A DNA stretch of 59,097 nucleotides, the filler included, from Sphacelaria rigidula (lineage: Eukaryota), in assembly GCA_964200075.2 (NCBI GenBank). It is 8 parts of 8 records of this genome, joined end to end, with 100 filler letters (N's around TTAATTAATTAA, not from the genome) between each part and the next. Parts side by side here need not be neighbours in the genome. Positions count along the whole stretch, not along the records: positions 29,601 to 36,900 come from CAXNAA020015555.1; positions 37,001 to 44,299 come from CAXNAA020015556.1; positions 44,400 to 51,698 come from CAXNAA020015557.1; 5 more parts are not named here. One strand, written 5' to 3'. Of the stretch, positions 34,041 through 47,300 are shown one piece after another. The translations under genes were made by a program, and so were the position numbers. The notes under the pieces were generated by a model, which saw nothing but the letters and a program-made list of their open reading frames with translations, was not told the origin of the DNA and made no database searches. The first letter of the stretch is position 1; every line of letters begins with the position of its first letter.

Positions 34041-36900
34041 AAATTTTGCTTATTCTTTCCGTCGCCGTGCATCTGTTGTCTTTGTTCTTCACATCTCTCG
34101 GGTTCACACGGCACTGAACTTGTATCGAACCCCGTACTTTTTTGTTTTTCACGTGGGCCAGCGGCCGAAACTGAAGCAGTCGGCGCAAATATGGCCTTTT
34201 TCTCCCCCTTTCCGGAAACAAGGGAGGGCGAAAATGAAAACTCGGTATAATGGCGAAAAACGCAAGAACGTACAGAAATGGCTATTCGTTTTCGCGTCAT
34301 CTTCGATGGACGATGGACGATAGATGATGAACAATAGACGATACCCTCGCCTCGTCTGAAAAGCATGTCATCATGTTGTCAGCTGTGCTTAATTCTTAAA
34401 CGACGAGCGTCGCCTCGGAATAGCGGTACAGTGGACAGTCCAGAGACATCCGGGGGTTTCCAGAGCTCGGGGAGGATGTCTCTCCGTGGAGTATCGGAGA
34501 AGCTCACGGAGTCGACCATGTATGTTCGGAAGTTTCCCGCGGAAAGTTATGGGCCGTGCACGAGGCCCGAGAGGCGCGGGATGACCATCCTGACCAATCA
34601 CGGTCGTCAAAATGAACATCTTTGTTTTGGTAGAGGTTAACAGCTGGTAGACCCCTTCGCCGTCTGCCCTCAAATGTCATTTTGATCATTCCAACTCAAC
34701 CGTAGATTATAAGCCCAAAAAGCATTTGTTTGAGCATCTTCGGCACACCGTGTCTTGTCTGTTCAGTACTGCCTGAGCGTCGTACGAGCTCCACAACTCC
34801 ATCTGGTGCAAAACGTCATGGTGCAACACGCGAGCGGCGGTCACGAGTATCCTACGCACGTAAATGTAGACAAGCACTTCGACGGTGAGTCAGTCGTGGG
34901 GGTTCGCGGCGGTAGTCATGGTGCGATATCCAAACGCATGCTGCGTATACTCGGCACGTGCAGCCGCGGCGCGATACACTACAGACTGCACAGCAAAAAT
35001 ACGAGGCCTATTAATCATGTCGTCTTCAGGCTGATAATCGTTTGTGTTATGACTCTTACAACTGTGTGCCTCTCTTACACTCCCGGTCCCTCCCGCAGTA
35101 GAAAATGTTTTGTTTTGAGTTTTGAAAAAAGAATGACTCTCAACCCAAGAAGTGTAGCGTCTATCTTAGTCTAGCAACGGGGATTCGCTGTCGAAGGGTT
35201 GGAAAGGAAACAGGCGACATTCGTTGATATTGCGCCGGAATGATGGGCACAATCGGTCGAAATCAACGTAAATTTGGCCAACTTCGTCCCGCGATTTGTC
35301 CATACCACGAACTCAGATTTGTGACTGCGTGGTTGCGACGAGCTTAACCATAGTATCGCACACCCTCCCTCTCAAAATATATGGTCCGCGCGCCGTAACG
35401 GACTTTCTCTCATGTCTCTGAGGAAGCATATATACATGTAAATACATAACCTCTCCTCCTTACTCGGCACGAGTTAGTCCATGGTCCCAATGGATCAATG
35501 GACCCAATCTCTCCGTTCCCCGATACACGCGTTTAATTTCAGTAGTGATGACGAATCGGATCAGGACCCCCGCACCGAATTCACGCCAGCAAATCCCAGT
35601 CAACGATGTGTCTGTACGCACGTAACCTCCGGTATTCTAGCACTACAAGCTGGGCCGACGAAAACGCCAGCATTCAACCGATATCGCTGTGCCCCGCTCA
35701 GTTTTTGGAGTTCGGGTCTGAAATTTGGACACGTGATTCAGAGCCGTTTGCTGAACAAATTACTTGGAGGTCGCAAAAGAAAAGAAGTTTTTTTCTATAC
35801 TTTTTTTGTCAATAATGTGATCCTGAATTTCCTTAGTTCGACCGTAAGTCGGCAAGATTATTATTTTTTTTTTGCGACCTCCAAGTTTTATTTTCATCAC
35901 ACTACTCTCAATCGCGTGGCAAAATTTCAGGTTCCAATTCCCAAAAGTGAGTGGGGCACGGCGAATCTTGTGATGGACGCTTTTCCTCAGGAATTCCATG
36001 GAAAACCTGCAAGTGTCTGCATAAAAATCAGCGAGAAAGTCTCGAATTATGTTGCCTTTTGTGACTGCTCCCTACGCTGGATGGTGATTGCAAGGAAGTA
36101 CACTTAGGACAGCTACAGGGGGAGTGGTCTTCACCCACTGCATGATATCTGGCGTGTGCAGGGTCAGCAGAGAGCTCTTGCAGGGAAGAAACTGCTGCGC
36201 GGCTGAGCTGTCGTCTGCTGTAACACTTGATTGCACCGCGTTTTTTTTTAAATTTAACGAAAATGACCGTTTCGCGCCTCAATTACGCCGCGCACCATAG
36301 CGGGCTGTGATTGGTCAGAAATTCTTCAAGTGCAGAACGTTCTCTCTGCGGGATCTGGATGGTTTGAGCTTCAGCGCATGAGTTCACCAATTGCAGCAAT
36401 GTTTCCGGTTTGAGCTACAACCTAGAGGAAGTAGAGATATGGCGATCTGACACATTGTGAGCTTTCCGGTCGGCCCAGCTTGTACCTCGTTTCATTTCGA
36501 ATTATGAGGTTCAACACTTTTGAAACCCGTTGACGGCGTCTGTCGACGCGAATCGGCATCATTTTTTGCCATTTTCAAGTCAAGATGATGTTGATTCCCA
36601 GGAACAAGGATCATCACAGCGGGTTCCAAAAGGGTCAACACAAGGTGGTCTAGAGACCAATCAAGGACGCAATTTCAACTCCGAACGTCAATCGCTTGTC
36701 GTCCGTGGTTCCGAAGGCTTGGAAATCATCCCGCAGGCACTTCAGCCAGTTTTGCCCGGGGGACCCCGATCCTGAATCCTCCCCTCCCACTAGTCTACCG
36801 AATGCCAATCGCTTCGGTAGTCGTCCGTCCTGTTGTCTAGCTAGGGCTCCTGCGAACAGCGCTCGCCGTTGCCGAACGATGGCCCCAGTAGACTAGTGAG

Positions 36901-37000
36901 NNNNNNNNNNNNNNNNNNNNNNNNNNNNNNNNNNNNNNNNNNNNTTAATTAATTAANNNNNNNNNNNNNNNNNNNNNNNNNNNNNNNNNNNNNNNNNNNN
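36901..37000. other. Artificial contig linker
   Basis: N44-TTAATTAATTAA-N44. Confidence 0.98.
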
Positions 37001-37971
37001 CGCATCTGTAAAACACTACGAGACACTGCTTCAAGGTCCACACGTTACACATGTCACGTTGCATTTTTCCCGTCCAAAAATTCAAACCTTACGTAGCGTT
37101 AAATGGCCCAAAGTTACGTTTTTTCCGGTTTTTTCAAATATGTCACGTGTGTCACGTATCCCTCCCTGGAAATATTCACCTGGAAAGCCTATGCGGAGAA
37201 AATCTAAGTTGAGAAGGCTAGAAGAATACCAGCGCAACGCCCACTCCGGCTGCCAGACTATTTGCACGGCCGTCCCAGTAGTGGTGGGGCTGTCTGTACC
37301 GGGATGTCGCCCCCAGTACCAGGTACGCCGGCAACGGCCCGTCGCACTACCCACTGTTCTCGCGACAGGAGCTTAACCTTCGACTTCCGACCGTTTTGGA
37401 GCGGAAACGCTCACCTCCCAACCCCCATAACTGATGCTTGTACGTTGGGTTTCTTCCAGCGTTCATCCATAACTGGGCGGAGATCGATGGTGAGGACGGC
37501 AGGATCCGCTGCATGCAGCGTGCTCAACTATCACTGTACCCACTATAGTCGTCATCAGACAGCAGGGAGTTGAAAAAACAAAATCCCACGCACAGTGATG
37601 AAACACCGTTTCAGTACAGACCGGGCTATCAGCAACTTCCCCTACCGCAGCTGTGACTGTGACACCTTCCTCTAATCCCAATCCACACATTCTCCCAAGT
37701 TTTGGCGTCATCCGACATGAGGTGCGGATTCTCTTCACGCCTAAGCCGCTAAAACACCGCCTCCATATTACGGGAAAAAAATAACACTGTAAGAGGAGGG
37801 GGCTGCTGAACCCCTCTCGCGATGTGAAAGAAAAAATCGGCGAGCACCGCAAAAGGAAGATGAAGTACTTGTGTAAAGTAAAAGAAAAAAAAGGATACCT
37901 TTCAAGGGTCGGACGAATAATGATAGATCTGGAAATTACTTGATTCGTCCTGACCGTGAAACATTTGTGTC

Positions 37972-38066
37972 GGACCTTCCTCCTGTGTGACCCCGGCTAA
38001 TGCGCTTATATGCACCGAAAGGTGTAGGGCGACGTCCGGAATAGATGGGACGACAACACAAGACAC
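37972..38066 (+). mobile_element. 3' tail module shared with SINE C
   Basis: CTGTGTGA.CCCGGCT.ATGCGCT...ACCGAAAGGT...ATGGGA.GACA.CACA; also at 51799-51872 and 53841-53932. Confidence 0.7.
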
Positions 38067-38506
38067 TCGTACGTGGGGAGAAGTAGGTTTACGGGGTATT
38101 TCTGCTATTATCTTTGCTGACACCGCGCTTTTCCAGTCGTCTTCACCCGCTACTTTTGCACTGGACTGGAAGCGCCGAGCACAGCTCTTGTGCAACCTGC
38201 GTATCATGTACAAGCGCCATGTGTTCTCAGGAGGTGAACTGAGTGCTGCAATTATGAACATTCCCGCGGACGCTCGGCGCTCCGCGGAATGAGCACTCAC
38301 TTCACTGTCTGTGCTATACGTGATGACACTGTGCTGACTCCCAGTTGCGCTTTCTCTGCCCCCGAATCCATCGCCGAGCGCTTTCCATTGAACAAGTTTG
38401 ACAGCAGCGACATAGGACCCGGTGTAACCGGAAGAAGAAGAAAAATGATAGTGAGATTGCGAGAGTGAGGATGGTTAGTGAACTCTCGTCAAGATTGGTC
38501 TCTGAT

Positions 38507-38780
38507 TTTATTTTATTTTTGTCGTTGGAGGAAGGTGTGGAAACCCGACCCAACAGTTACCCCGAGCAACCCCAAGCGGGTGCAGGTGCCATTTACCCAG
38601 AGGCTGGGTTAGACTGCCTGGCGGCAGTCGTGTGGGGTAGGCGCCTCGAGCGTTCGCAAGCTTTGCTCGATGCAGTGTGGGGAACCGACCTACTGGAACC
38701 CCCCGTCAACACACTTGGCGTAGTGTACGCGCCGGCCTACTCTTATGAGCTCCGGCCCCAGGTGGCACTGGAGCACTACG
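38507..38780 (-). mobile_element. Retroposon family H 3' fragment
   Basis: A-rich tail on the minus strand; homologous to 30069-30322. Confidence 0.55.
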
Positions 38781-38994
38781 TATTGGTCTCTCTTTTGTGC
38801 CCGCATCAATTCTGCAAGGAAATTGGCGGCGCTTGAATTAGTTTCTGTGACAGCGGAGGAACAACCTGATGAGCGTGCGGAAGGAGAATGGTTTCCACAT
38901 GAGGGCCGTTTGTCAGCGTAATCGTCATTCTCACATTCCCATTCCGAGTTATTGTCCCAAAAGGACCCGGCCTTGTACAGTAGTAGTATATCTA

Positions 38995-39262
38995 CTTTGG
39001 GAAGTGGCGATACCAGAACGTGAAGCAACTTCTTGTAGGCTGTCATCTGCATGCACGATAATCAATAGGCCTCCGACATAACGATATTAGCAGGATGCAG
39101 GTCACCCTTCTTGCGACTCGCCGAGCATACCATGGCGCTTCGCGCTCGGTGATTGATCGCGAGCTGGGTCCGGCGAAAACTCGGCGTGCTCCGTGCCGGC
39201 TTTGTAGGGATGCGAGGTCAATAGTCGGATGACTACGGCATGCAAGGTCATGAATAGACCCC
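38995..39262 (+). mobile_element. Family B retroposon, 5'-truncated
   Basis: Aligns with 41335-41600. Confidence 0.85.
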
Positions 39263-39399
39263 AAATGCAAGACCTTACGTCACCGAATTTCTTGGAGTGA
39301 AACCAGAAACACACTGAGGCGAGAAAGACCGCTTCGCGCATGTTTCGGACAGGAGCTCGAACGGAAGTGCAGCAAGCAATCACCCTTCTCAGCTGAAAT

Positions 39400-39613
39400 G
39401 AGATAGTCCATGGTTCGGTATAAAAAATAAAGTCTACGGCGGGAACCACGTGATGCGAGGGGGAGAAAACTGCCGGATTATGCATTAAAAAATAATCTGC
39501 CAAATTATAGGGAAAATAAAAATGGTAGTGTCGGGGTTCGAACTCGTGACCTGCGTATGCGGAGAATCTTGTTTTTTTGTATGAATTCGACCACCGGAGC
39601 ACAGCGGTGTCAC
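39400..39613 (-). mobile_element. tRNA-derived SINE family G
   Basis: GTGACACCGCTGTGCTCCGGTGGTCGAA...GGTCACGAGTTCGAACCCCGAC (B box). Confidence 0.65.
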
Positions 39614-40284
39614 ACAAGAAGTGCCAGGCTGAAATTGGAATTTTCAGCCGAAGTTTGACCAGGAATTCCTGCACGCAATTACGTACAACATTTCTGGGGT
39701 TGACGCCGTTTTTCTTTCATTTCACGCAGTTTTTGACATTTTTGTAGTTTTTACTGACGTTTGAAATTGCTCCCACTTTCTGATTTTTTTTCCCTCTTTT
39801 ATATTGGTATCACCAGAAATGTTACGCGTGTTGATGATGACATTGTCATGTCGGAATTCCAGCGCCTAACTCCTCGAATTTGCCATCATCGCCGGACCCC
39901 AAAACATGAAAACAAGTACTATCCATAATATTTTCTATATTTTTTTTCGATCTCGAGTCACTTGAGAGGGCTATAACATAACCCATTCGGCCAACGAACC
40001 TCACCTCCGACCGACTGCGGTTTTGTTTTTTCTCTTGCCGTCAACAGGAAGATGACGCAAGAATTACCATTAGAAGCAGCAATTCGACTGATGATGTTGC
40101 GACCGACCCGTGCGTCTGGATGGTTCGGAAGACTAATGGCGCTACGCTGAATATCCACATCTGGTGAGCGACGAGCGCGGGGTACGTTTTCCCCAGGTTC
40201 CATACCGTTCTACTTGCCCCAATTGCCGGTGTACCCGTGTTAATTCAACGTTAAACCATGCATACCCTTTTTATGTCACCGCTG

Positions 40285-40610
40285 CCGCCGCCGGGCCCGA
40301 GTGGTGTGTGTAATGGTCCGACTGTTGCCATCAGGGTGGAAAGAAGGAGGATTCGATTCCCGATGCGTTGCGTGTTTTTTTCATCTTATCTTCGTAGTAT
40401 GTATTCCCACTGTGGAAAGCGTAAGGACGTGAGAGAACAAGGTAGTCGACTGAGTTTGTCTAATGTGAGTTTACGCGGTGAGGGAGTGCTGATGGTCATC
40501 ATCCAATCCGCGAGACTAAAATGGAAGGCCTCTACCGCGGAGAAATGGGCTGATCCCTTGAGACCACGGACTCGTTCCGAGGGAGGGAGGGTTTCAAAGT
40601 GCGACATGTA
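40285..40610 (+). mobile_element. tRNA-derived SINE family D
   Basis: GATTCGATTCCCGATGCGTTG head, D-type body and tail. Confidence 0.7.
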
Positions 40611-40710
40611 AAATAAAAATTATAATAAAATATGGCGCCCGGTCGCTCTGTCCATCGTAAGGCGACTTCTTATGTACCGTAAAAATAATTATCTGAAAGT
40701 GGTTCGAGGC

Positions 40711-40998
40711 GGGGGGGAGGGAGGCGTACTCACTTTTTGCTTGCCTTGATTCATTTGACCGTTGACCACGCATCCCCTTCGAAATGGAGCACCGTTCCTA
40801 TTCCTAATTGAGACACCTCCAAGATTTTGGCGGTCATTACTGTTCTTCCGTACATCACACGAAAACCTTTTCACATATCTTAGTATCCCCTTCCTCATTC
40901 GCCGTCTGTGGCCACCACCTATCTTGTAGTATGGTCATGTTTTCCTCACTTCTGTCCGACATATCAAACGATTTCATGGCACCTTCGTTTACTCCATA
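40711..40998 (-). mobile_element. LINE family A, ~290-bp 3' fragment
   Basis: Decayed coding TILQDRWWPQTA...NLGGVSIRNRNGAP, homologous to 49600-49856. Confidence 0.85.
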
Positions 40999-41033
40999 CA
41001 GTCCCCCCTCCTTGAAGGGAGAGGGTGGGGGTG

Positions 41034-41609
41034 CTGGTCCGGCGAGAACCCGGCGTGCTCCGTCTCGCATTTGTAGGGGCAGACCCCGTACGGGATTGGC
41101 GTCGGTTGGCGATGAAGCTGTAAAACGTATCACTCACTGCGTAAGCCAGGCAGCCAGGTTACCGATTTTATGTTGCGCGCTTGAGTTGTTTGTGCCGTAG
41201 CCATGACGGTAGTCGAGCTAGATCATATTGTGCGGGGTGGGAGAACCTCAACGCCGCGCGAAGGAGGTGATCGTACTACGTGGTGTCTGTAAGTGGTGCT
41301 ACACCCATGAGGCAGTGTTTAAGCCGTGGTTGTCTCTGGAAGTTGCGATACCAGAAAATGATGCACCTCACTGGGGGCTATCATCTAAATGCGAGACAAG
41401 AAGTACGCTTCGGATCGAACAAAATCAGCGGTATGCAGGTCACCCTTCATGCGACTCGCCGAGCACACCACAGCACTTCGCGCTTGGTGATTGAGAGCGA
41501 GCCTGGTCCGGCGGAAACCCGGCGTGCTCCGTGCCGGCTTCGTAGGGATGCGAGGTCAATGGTGTTACGACTATGGCATGCAAGGTCATGAGTGCCCCCC
41601 CCTCCCCCC
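41034..41609 (+). mobile_element. Family B retroposon, apparently full length (~570 bp)
   Basis: Colinear with 49866-50435 from the same CTGGTCCG start; internal direct repeat; C-run end. Confidence 0.88.
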
Positions 41610-41631
41610 TGAAGGTGGTGGGGGAGGTGTA

Positions 41632-41696
41632 GGGCGTACTCATTTGTTGCTTTCCTTGGTCATTAGACCTTCACCACGCATCCCGTTAAGACGGAG
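41632..41696 (-). mobile_element. LINE family A 3' end fragment
   Basis: GGGCGTACTCATTTGTTGC...CACCACGCATCCC on the plus strand, G-rich flanks. Confidence 0.75.
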
Positions 41697-41931
41697 GGGA
41701 AGGGGGGGAGGGCAGATGGTCTTTTTGAAAACGTTTCTTATGGCCCCTTTGTGTGGGAGAGAAGTGGAACGAGGTCGAGAGTCTTTTCCGGGGAAGTCCT
41801 CCCCACCCCCCCTCCCATCTCGCCATGAACAGTAGGCTGGTTTCAGAGAGACGCAAGTTTGTCGAAAAGGGGACGGGGATGTATAGCTATGGAGTCGTCG
41901 CGATGAGGGGCAAGGAAAGAGACGGTATGGC

Positions 41932-42428
41932 GGGGGGGGGGGGGTACTGATGATGGCGTGCCATAGTTATAAGACCATTGACCTCGCATCACTACAAAGC
42001 CGCGACGGAGCACGCCGGGTTTCGCCGGACCAGGCTTGCATTCGAACCACCAAGCGCGAAGCGCCGTGGTGTGCTCGGCAAGTCGCATGAAGGGTGACCT
42101 GCATACTGCTGATTTCATCCGGCCCAGAGCTTATTAATAGTAATCATCTTGCTCATGGATGACAGCCTCGAATGAGTTGCTTCATTTTTTGGTATCGCCA
42201 CTGTCAGAGACAGGCACGGCTTCTACACTGCCTCGTGGGTGCCTCAGCATTTAAACATTACGTGGTACGATCGTCCCCTTTCCGCGGAGTTGAGGCTCTC
42301 CAACCCCGCATCATGGTTTAACTGAAAAAAAAGCGACAAGCGAGGAGAAAAATCGGCAACCTGGTTGCCTAGCTTACGCACTGAGTGTCGTGTTCTGCAA
42401 AGTCGTTGCCGACCGACCCCAACTCTCC
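41932..42428 (-). mobile_element. Family B retroposon, lacking the 5' repeat
   Basis: Reverse-complement match to 41090-41600; G-run at the 3' end and G-rich other flank. Confidence 0.85.
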
Positions 42429-43497
42429 GAAGGAGGAGGGAGGGGGGGATGATGAAGTGAAGATACGTTAAAAAAAGGCAGTGCAAATGTTGCCGGTCTG
42501 TCCGTTTTTCAATTTTTTGTCGTTGTTTCTGGCTCAGGGCAGAGGTTTCATGACTCGCCGTGGATGAAAATAGAGGTCTTGATGGCTAATTCGAGTGAGT
42601 CGCAAGATAGATTTTAGCGCATCGGATCAACAGCAGTACGGTTCGTGTTCCGAAATCTCCACGGCTGGAACATGACTGTCGGGTAGGACCGTCACCAGAT
42701 TTGAATATTTTTGAGGGCTTGACAGTCCCCCGAGTGCGTCCGTCGTGTGTAGCACGCTCTTCAGCTCCACTCGGCGTCGTATACTGGAGGGCGTCGATCT
42801 ATCGAAGCTCCTTCAACGCACACTTGGCTTAGGACATTGAAAGCATCCCCGTCCCTTCGTCCCCCGCCCCCCTGCCCCGCCCTGCCGGAAGGTTCTCGAT
42901 CTGCCTCTTGACTTGAGCTGAGGGCGGGGTCAGGAGGGCAATAGTGTTGAAGCTCGAAAAATACGGAGTATGTCACGAGTGTTCCCGGCGATACGCGTGA
43001 AGGCCTGCTCCTGATTTTGTGTTTGTAACGAGCAATTTGTCCTCCGGGCGGGACGTATCTTTCCTCGTCTTTTCTCGTCCATGCTCAAAATCTCCCGGGT
43101 GAAACGCGTTTCATTTGTCGACCGTGTACTACATCCTCCGGGCGGAACGTGCGTGCGTGTGTGTGTCAATCAACCATGGGATTTCAAAATTAACAGTGGG
43201 CAACACAACATCCATGAAGAAAAATGCCGATAAACACACACGCACACGTACATGTACCCCCCCGTATATTTTGGGAATATCGACCGCTACGCCTGAAAAA
43301 TTGACCGACTGGCGTTCTTTACTTCCACGCCCCACTCGTGTTGTTGTTGTTGTTAAAGTCCCGCCGCATTTGTTTTTCAAATGTTTGTTTTTTGGTTATT
43401 ATTGGCCTGCTTGCCCTGTGCAGGCCTGCTTATGACAAAGCCTGCTTTCGCGTGGCCCCCCGCGCGCGTGTGCGTCTTACGTGTGAAAACCATAAAG

Positions 43498-43649
43498 GGG
43501 CACCGACTTTGCCGAAGGTGACCAACTGAGGATTTTGGAAAGTGATGAGTCCCGGTGGCTTGTCAAGGGTACTTTCGAGAATGGAATGCAATACAACTTC
43601 GACGGGGCGGACAAGGGGGAGACCAAAGACGAACCGCTGCAGATCAACA
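43498..43649 (+). CDS. Probable internal coding exon, product unknown
   Basis: AG acceptor and strong GTGAGT donor; open frame GTDFAEGDQLRILESDESRWLVKGTFENGMQYNFDGADKGETKDEPLQIN with GC-rich third positions; no family recognised. Confidence 0.4.
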
Positions 43650-44042
43650 GTGAGTTGTCATTATTGTTTCTGTTTTTGGTGTCACACCCTGGACTAAACA
43701 TTATATTGTCCAAAAATGTACTGCATACAGTACGAGCTGGGCCAGCCAAGAGTAGGTTTGAATCTCGCTCAGGCGACGCGCGGCGCGATATATGGAGTTG
43801 GACGCTGAAATTTTGACAGTCGCTTTTCATGATCGAGATGCAGAAGATCACGTGAGTAGCAAATTAAAAAAAGAAGTTGCGGGCATTTGAAATTTCAGCG
43901 GAAAAAAGATCATGCCATAAGTCCAGGGAAAAATGAGAATCTGCAGCTTGACACGCGAAGTATCAGTTCCTTGGGTGCAGAAGGTCTTCCTGCAATTTCA
44001 GCTCAAGAGTCGTCGAATTGGGCCGTGCGTTCAACATTTTCC

Positions 44043-44225
44043 GTGACGCTGCTGCACCGCTATAAATCAAGTGATGGAAGACTCCAATTATGGAGGTCAT
44101 GAGTTCGGATCCCGACATATTCTCTTTTTTTTTCGTCTGTCGTTGAGGTCATACATTATGCAGTACATTTTTTCGCTTTTTTCTTCTTTCAACGGCGATG
44201 CCGTGTGTCACCAGGTTGGTCTACA
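44043..44225 (+). mobile_element. tRNA-derived SINE family G
   Basis: TTATGGAGGTCATGAGTTCGGATCCCGAC and ATTATGCAGTAC shared with 22914-23090. Confidence 0.6.
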
Positions 44226-44299
44226 CTACACTTCCCAGTGATGCTTCCTCTGTCCCTTAAGTAAAGTCCGTTATGTTTATACGAGCCCTTGAAGGTATC

Positions 44300-44399
44300 N
44301 NNNNNNNNNNNNNNNNNNNNNNNNNNNNNNNNNNNNNNNNNNNTTAATTAATTAANNNNNNNNNNNNNNNNNNNNNNNNNNNNNNNNNNNNNNNNNNNN
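44300..44399. other. Artificial contig linker
   Basis: N44-TTAATTAATTAA-N44. Confidence 0.98.
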
Positions 44400-47300
44400 T
44401 ACTGATTATCTTGCATTTGGATGACAGCCTACGATGCGTTGCTTTATTCTTCGATATCGCCTCTTCCTGAGGGGGGGGGAGGGGGGCGACTGAGGCTCGC
44501 ACAGCGAGCTCCCTCGGCTTAGCTCGATCGGTCACTATGCTCACCTATATATATTCATCGTTTATGGCCACCGTCGGCGGGTCGACAAACTTTTGATGAA
44601 ATGGTCCAGCTTTTTGTGACTTTTGCATTCCAGCGAAGCACAAGTGTACTGCAGTGAGAGAGAGCAATCTGTCTTCATGGTAGTATTTTAGTTGCAAAGT
44701 AAATATCCACAACTATAGATGGCAGCAGTCGAAGCTGCTGAGCGCGATCGAACAGTGTTCTTGCATACTACCCGTCCTCGAATTCGATATCTTGGGCGAC
44801 ACGCTGCTGCTGTCTAAATGTGAGAAACGGCTTTCAGATCCATTTGTGTGTGTTGTGCTTGCGTGCAAAGTCGCTTATCCAACGTGATGACCTCGAGGGG
44901 AGGTTTCTCAAATACGCGTCTTGATGACAGACGAGTTAGTATCCCGATCGATAGGTCGTTAAAGTTTACGCTGTCGGGTGTGATCAAAGCATCCCCCCCT
45001 CCCCCTCCCATCCCTCCCACAGTACACAGCTCCTTATATGATCAGAGTTGTGTGAAAAGAGTACACCGAGGAAACCGTTCGGGCATCTCCGCGAAGAATC
45101 TTCGGGGTTTTGATGTATATATTGCGTCCTGCCACGAGACTAATCGGCTAACCAATGATGAAAGATTCGGTTTCGAGGACTGATTCTGCCCGTATCGTAG
45201 GTCTAGCTTGAGGGCTGCGGTACCCCTCTCCCTCGCGTGGGACGTGTGCAGTACCGGGAGAGAGATGAGCTGGTTCGTTGAGAGAACCACTTGTCCCGAG
45301 GAAGGGGAAGGGTTGAAATCTTGGCCAGAATAAGAAAAATAGTAAGAATAATAGTGATGATAATAATAAATGGCAAATGTGCTCCAGAATAGTTTGCTTG
45401 CTGGAGATTCGACTCTGGTTCACGCGACTTTGCGTGTCACGAGGAACTGCTACAAGCGCCCACACGTGAGGTCAGCTGTTACTACTTACACATGCTCGCG
45501 CAGCTGCAGCCGGCTTCCTCGCGGTCATTACACCGCCTGCATATTACAGTTGACTGCTGTGCTGTGCTCCTGCACGGCCCTTCCTCTGATGCATGCATAC
45601 TACACACACTGATCATGATGGTCCTTGATGAAAGAGGGGAATTCGGCTCTTTCATGTTCACTGTAATAGGGGATTTTTCTTCCCCTATCTGAATAATCCG
45701 CCGTCGGGCCTAGGGGATGTAACTGCGAGTCTGATTACCGACCGGTCATTACTGGTGGGCAGTATCGTAAACCCCTGATTCATGAGCGGGCAGGATCTGC
45801 TCACCTCCCATGCCGACAGTGGAGTATAGTACACCATGAAAAGACTGCGCTGTGCAATTGATCTGTTTTTTCCGCCGTCCACGTCTACTGTAGTGCCGGA
45901 CTGTACGAGTAGTATCATGCTTCTGCTCTCCGAAGCAAGGGCGAGCGGGTAGAGAAGTACTTTGTTCGCGGACAAGAATCATCTGTACAGCTGCTGAAAC
46001 TGTTCGTCACGGACTAGGATGGGGTATGTGTGCGGTGGCTGTCCATACTGTTTTGCCCCGCTGCATGGTTGATGTACTATACCGTTGTACTACCAATACC
46101 TGTACACGGGAGTAGTGTACATTTGTGCAAAAAGTTTCAGCGGAAAGCACGGTGGGCTGGCAAAAGGTACAGCGTGCCGTTTTTTTGGACAGTTCAAGAT
46201 GTTGAAGCCAACAACGAAGTTCACATTTCAGTGTTGCGCCAAAAGAGGAAGGAAGTAGAATAATTGCGGATTTTCGCGTACACAAGAGTAATCGTTTAAA
46301 ATATCAGCTTAGAGCATCCCCAAAGTAGGTATAATCCACACGAGCCAGGAGCTCCTTGGGAAGGACCTACGGCCCAACACGCGGCATATCTGAAAAGCTA
46401 TGTTCAAGGCTGGGTCGTCGGCGCAAGTTGCAGGCTGAAAACGTGATTATGTCCCGCGTTCGGTGGTGTGCATGGTTTTGTGTATCTAACAAAAGTACAA
46501 ACGAGGTCCGACAGCTGGTTAGAGTGTTGGACCCCGATTCCTACCCGAGGGTTGTAATCATTCTAATCAGCGCTGCCCCAAGCGGTTCGTCGGCTCACAG
46601 GCGGGAGAATGTGTCCTACTTATAACGACTGGTGATGTGTACCATGCTTTTCAGGTGTGTATCCCAGACTTTTTCTCAGATCGTGTTTCTTCTGCAAAAA
46701 ATGGCGTGAAGATGGTCTTGGGGGGATCGAACCCCGGTTGTACTTTTGTTAAGTCAGCGCTGGCTGATAGCTCAGTGGATATGTTCTGTATCTAACATGT
46801 TGCCCGGTACGGGTGCCTTGCGGGCCCCATGGTACGCCGATGGTTGGCGGCCACGGTTCGCGTTCCCGCCCGTCACCACGCCCAGGGTGTAGTACATGGA
46901 GTGTGCAGTTCGGCTGGATAAAAAGGATCTCAATTGCTTTCAGCACAAATGAAAACGGCATGATCGTTTGAATGCATGCCTGGCGGCGCAGCTGGTGTGT
47001 TTGAAATTTGAAAACTCTGTCTCGACCATTATAAAGTGCAGTATAAGTATAATTGTTGATGTAATGTACTGTCTCTCCTGTCCGTACTGCATTTGACAGT
47101 ACCGTAATACTGCGTGACCGCATCTGATATGCGGCGTAACCAGGGCGTAACCGAATCTCGATTTCATTTAGAAACTTTCCTAGGGTAGACCTCCGATTTT
47201 TAGATCAAATTTCGTTGTGGATTGCTCGCCTGCAAGTTCGCGTTCCCTTATGAAACTTTGCGCACGAGTCGGACATAACACAAGCAACATACGCGCCAAG

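Noticed and set aside
38090-42925. Chain of possible minus-strand exons (~42800-42920, ~40070-40210, ~38780-38970, ~38090-38200)
   Set aside because: Plausible splice sites, but no recognisable product or verified phase continuity
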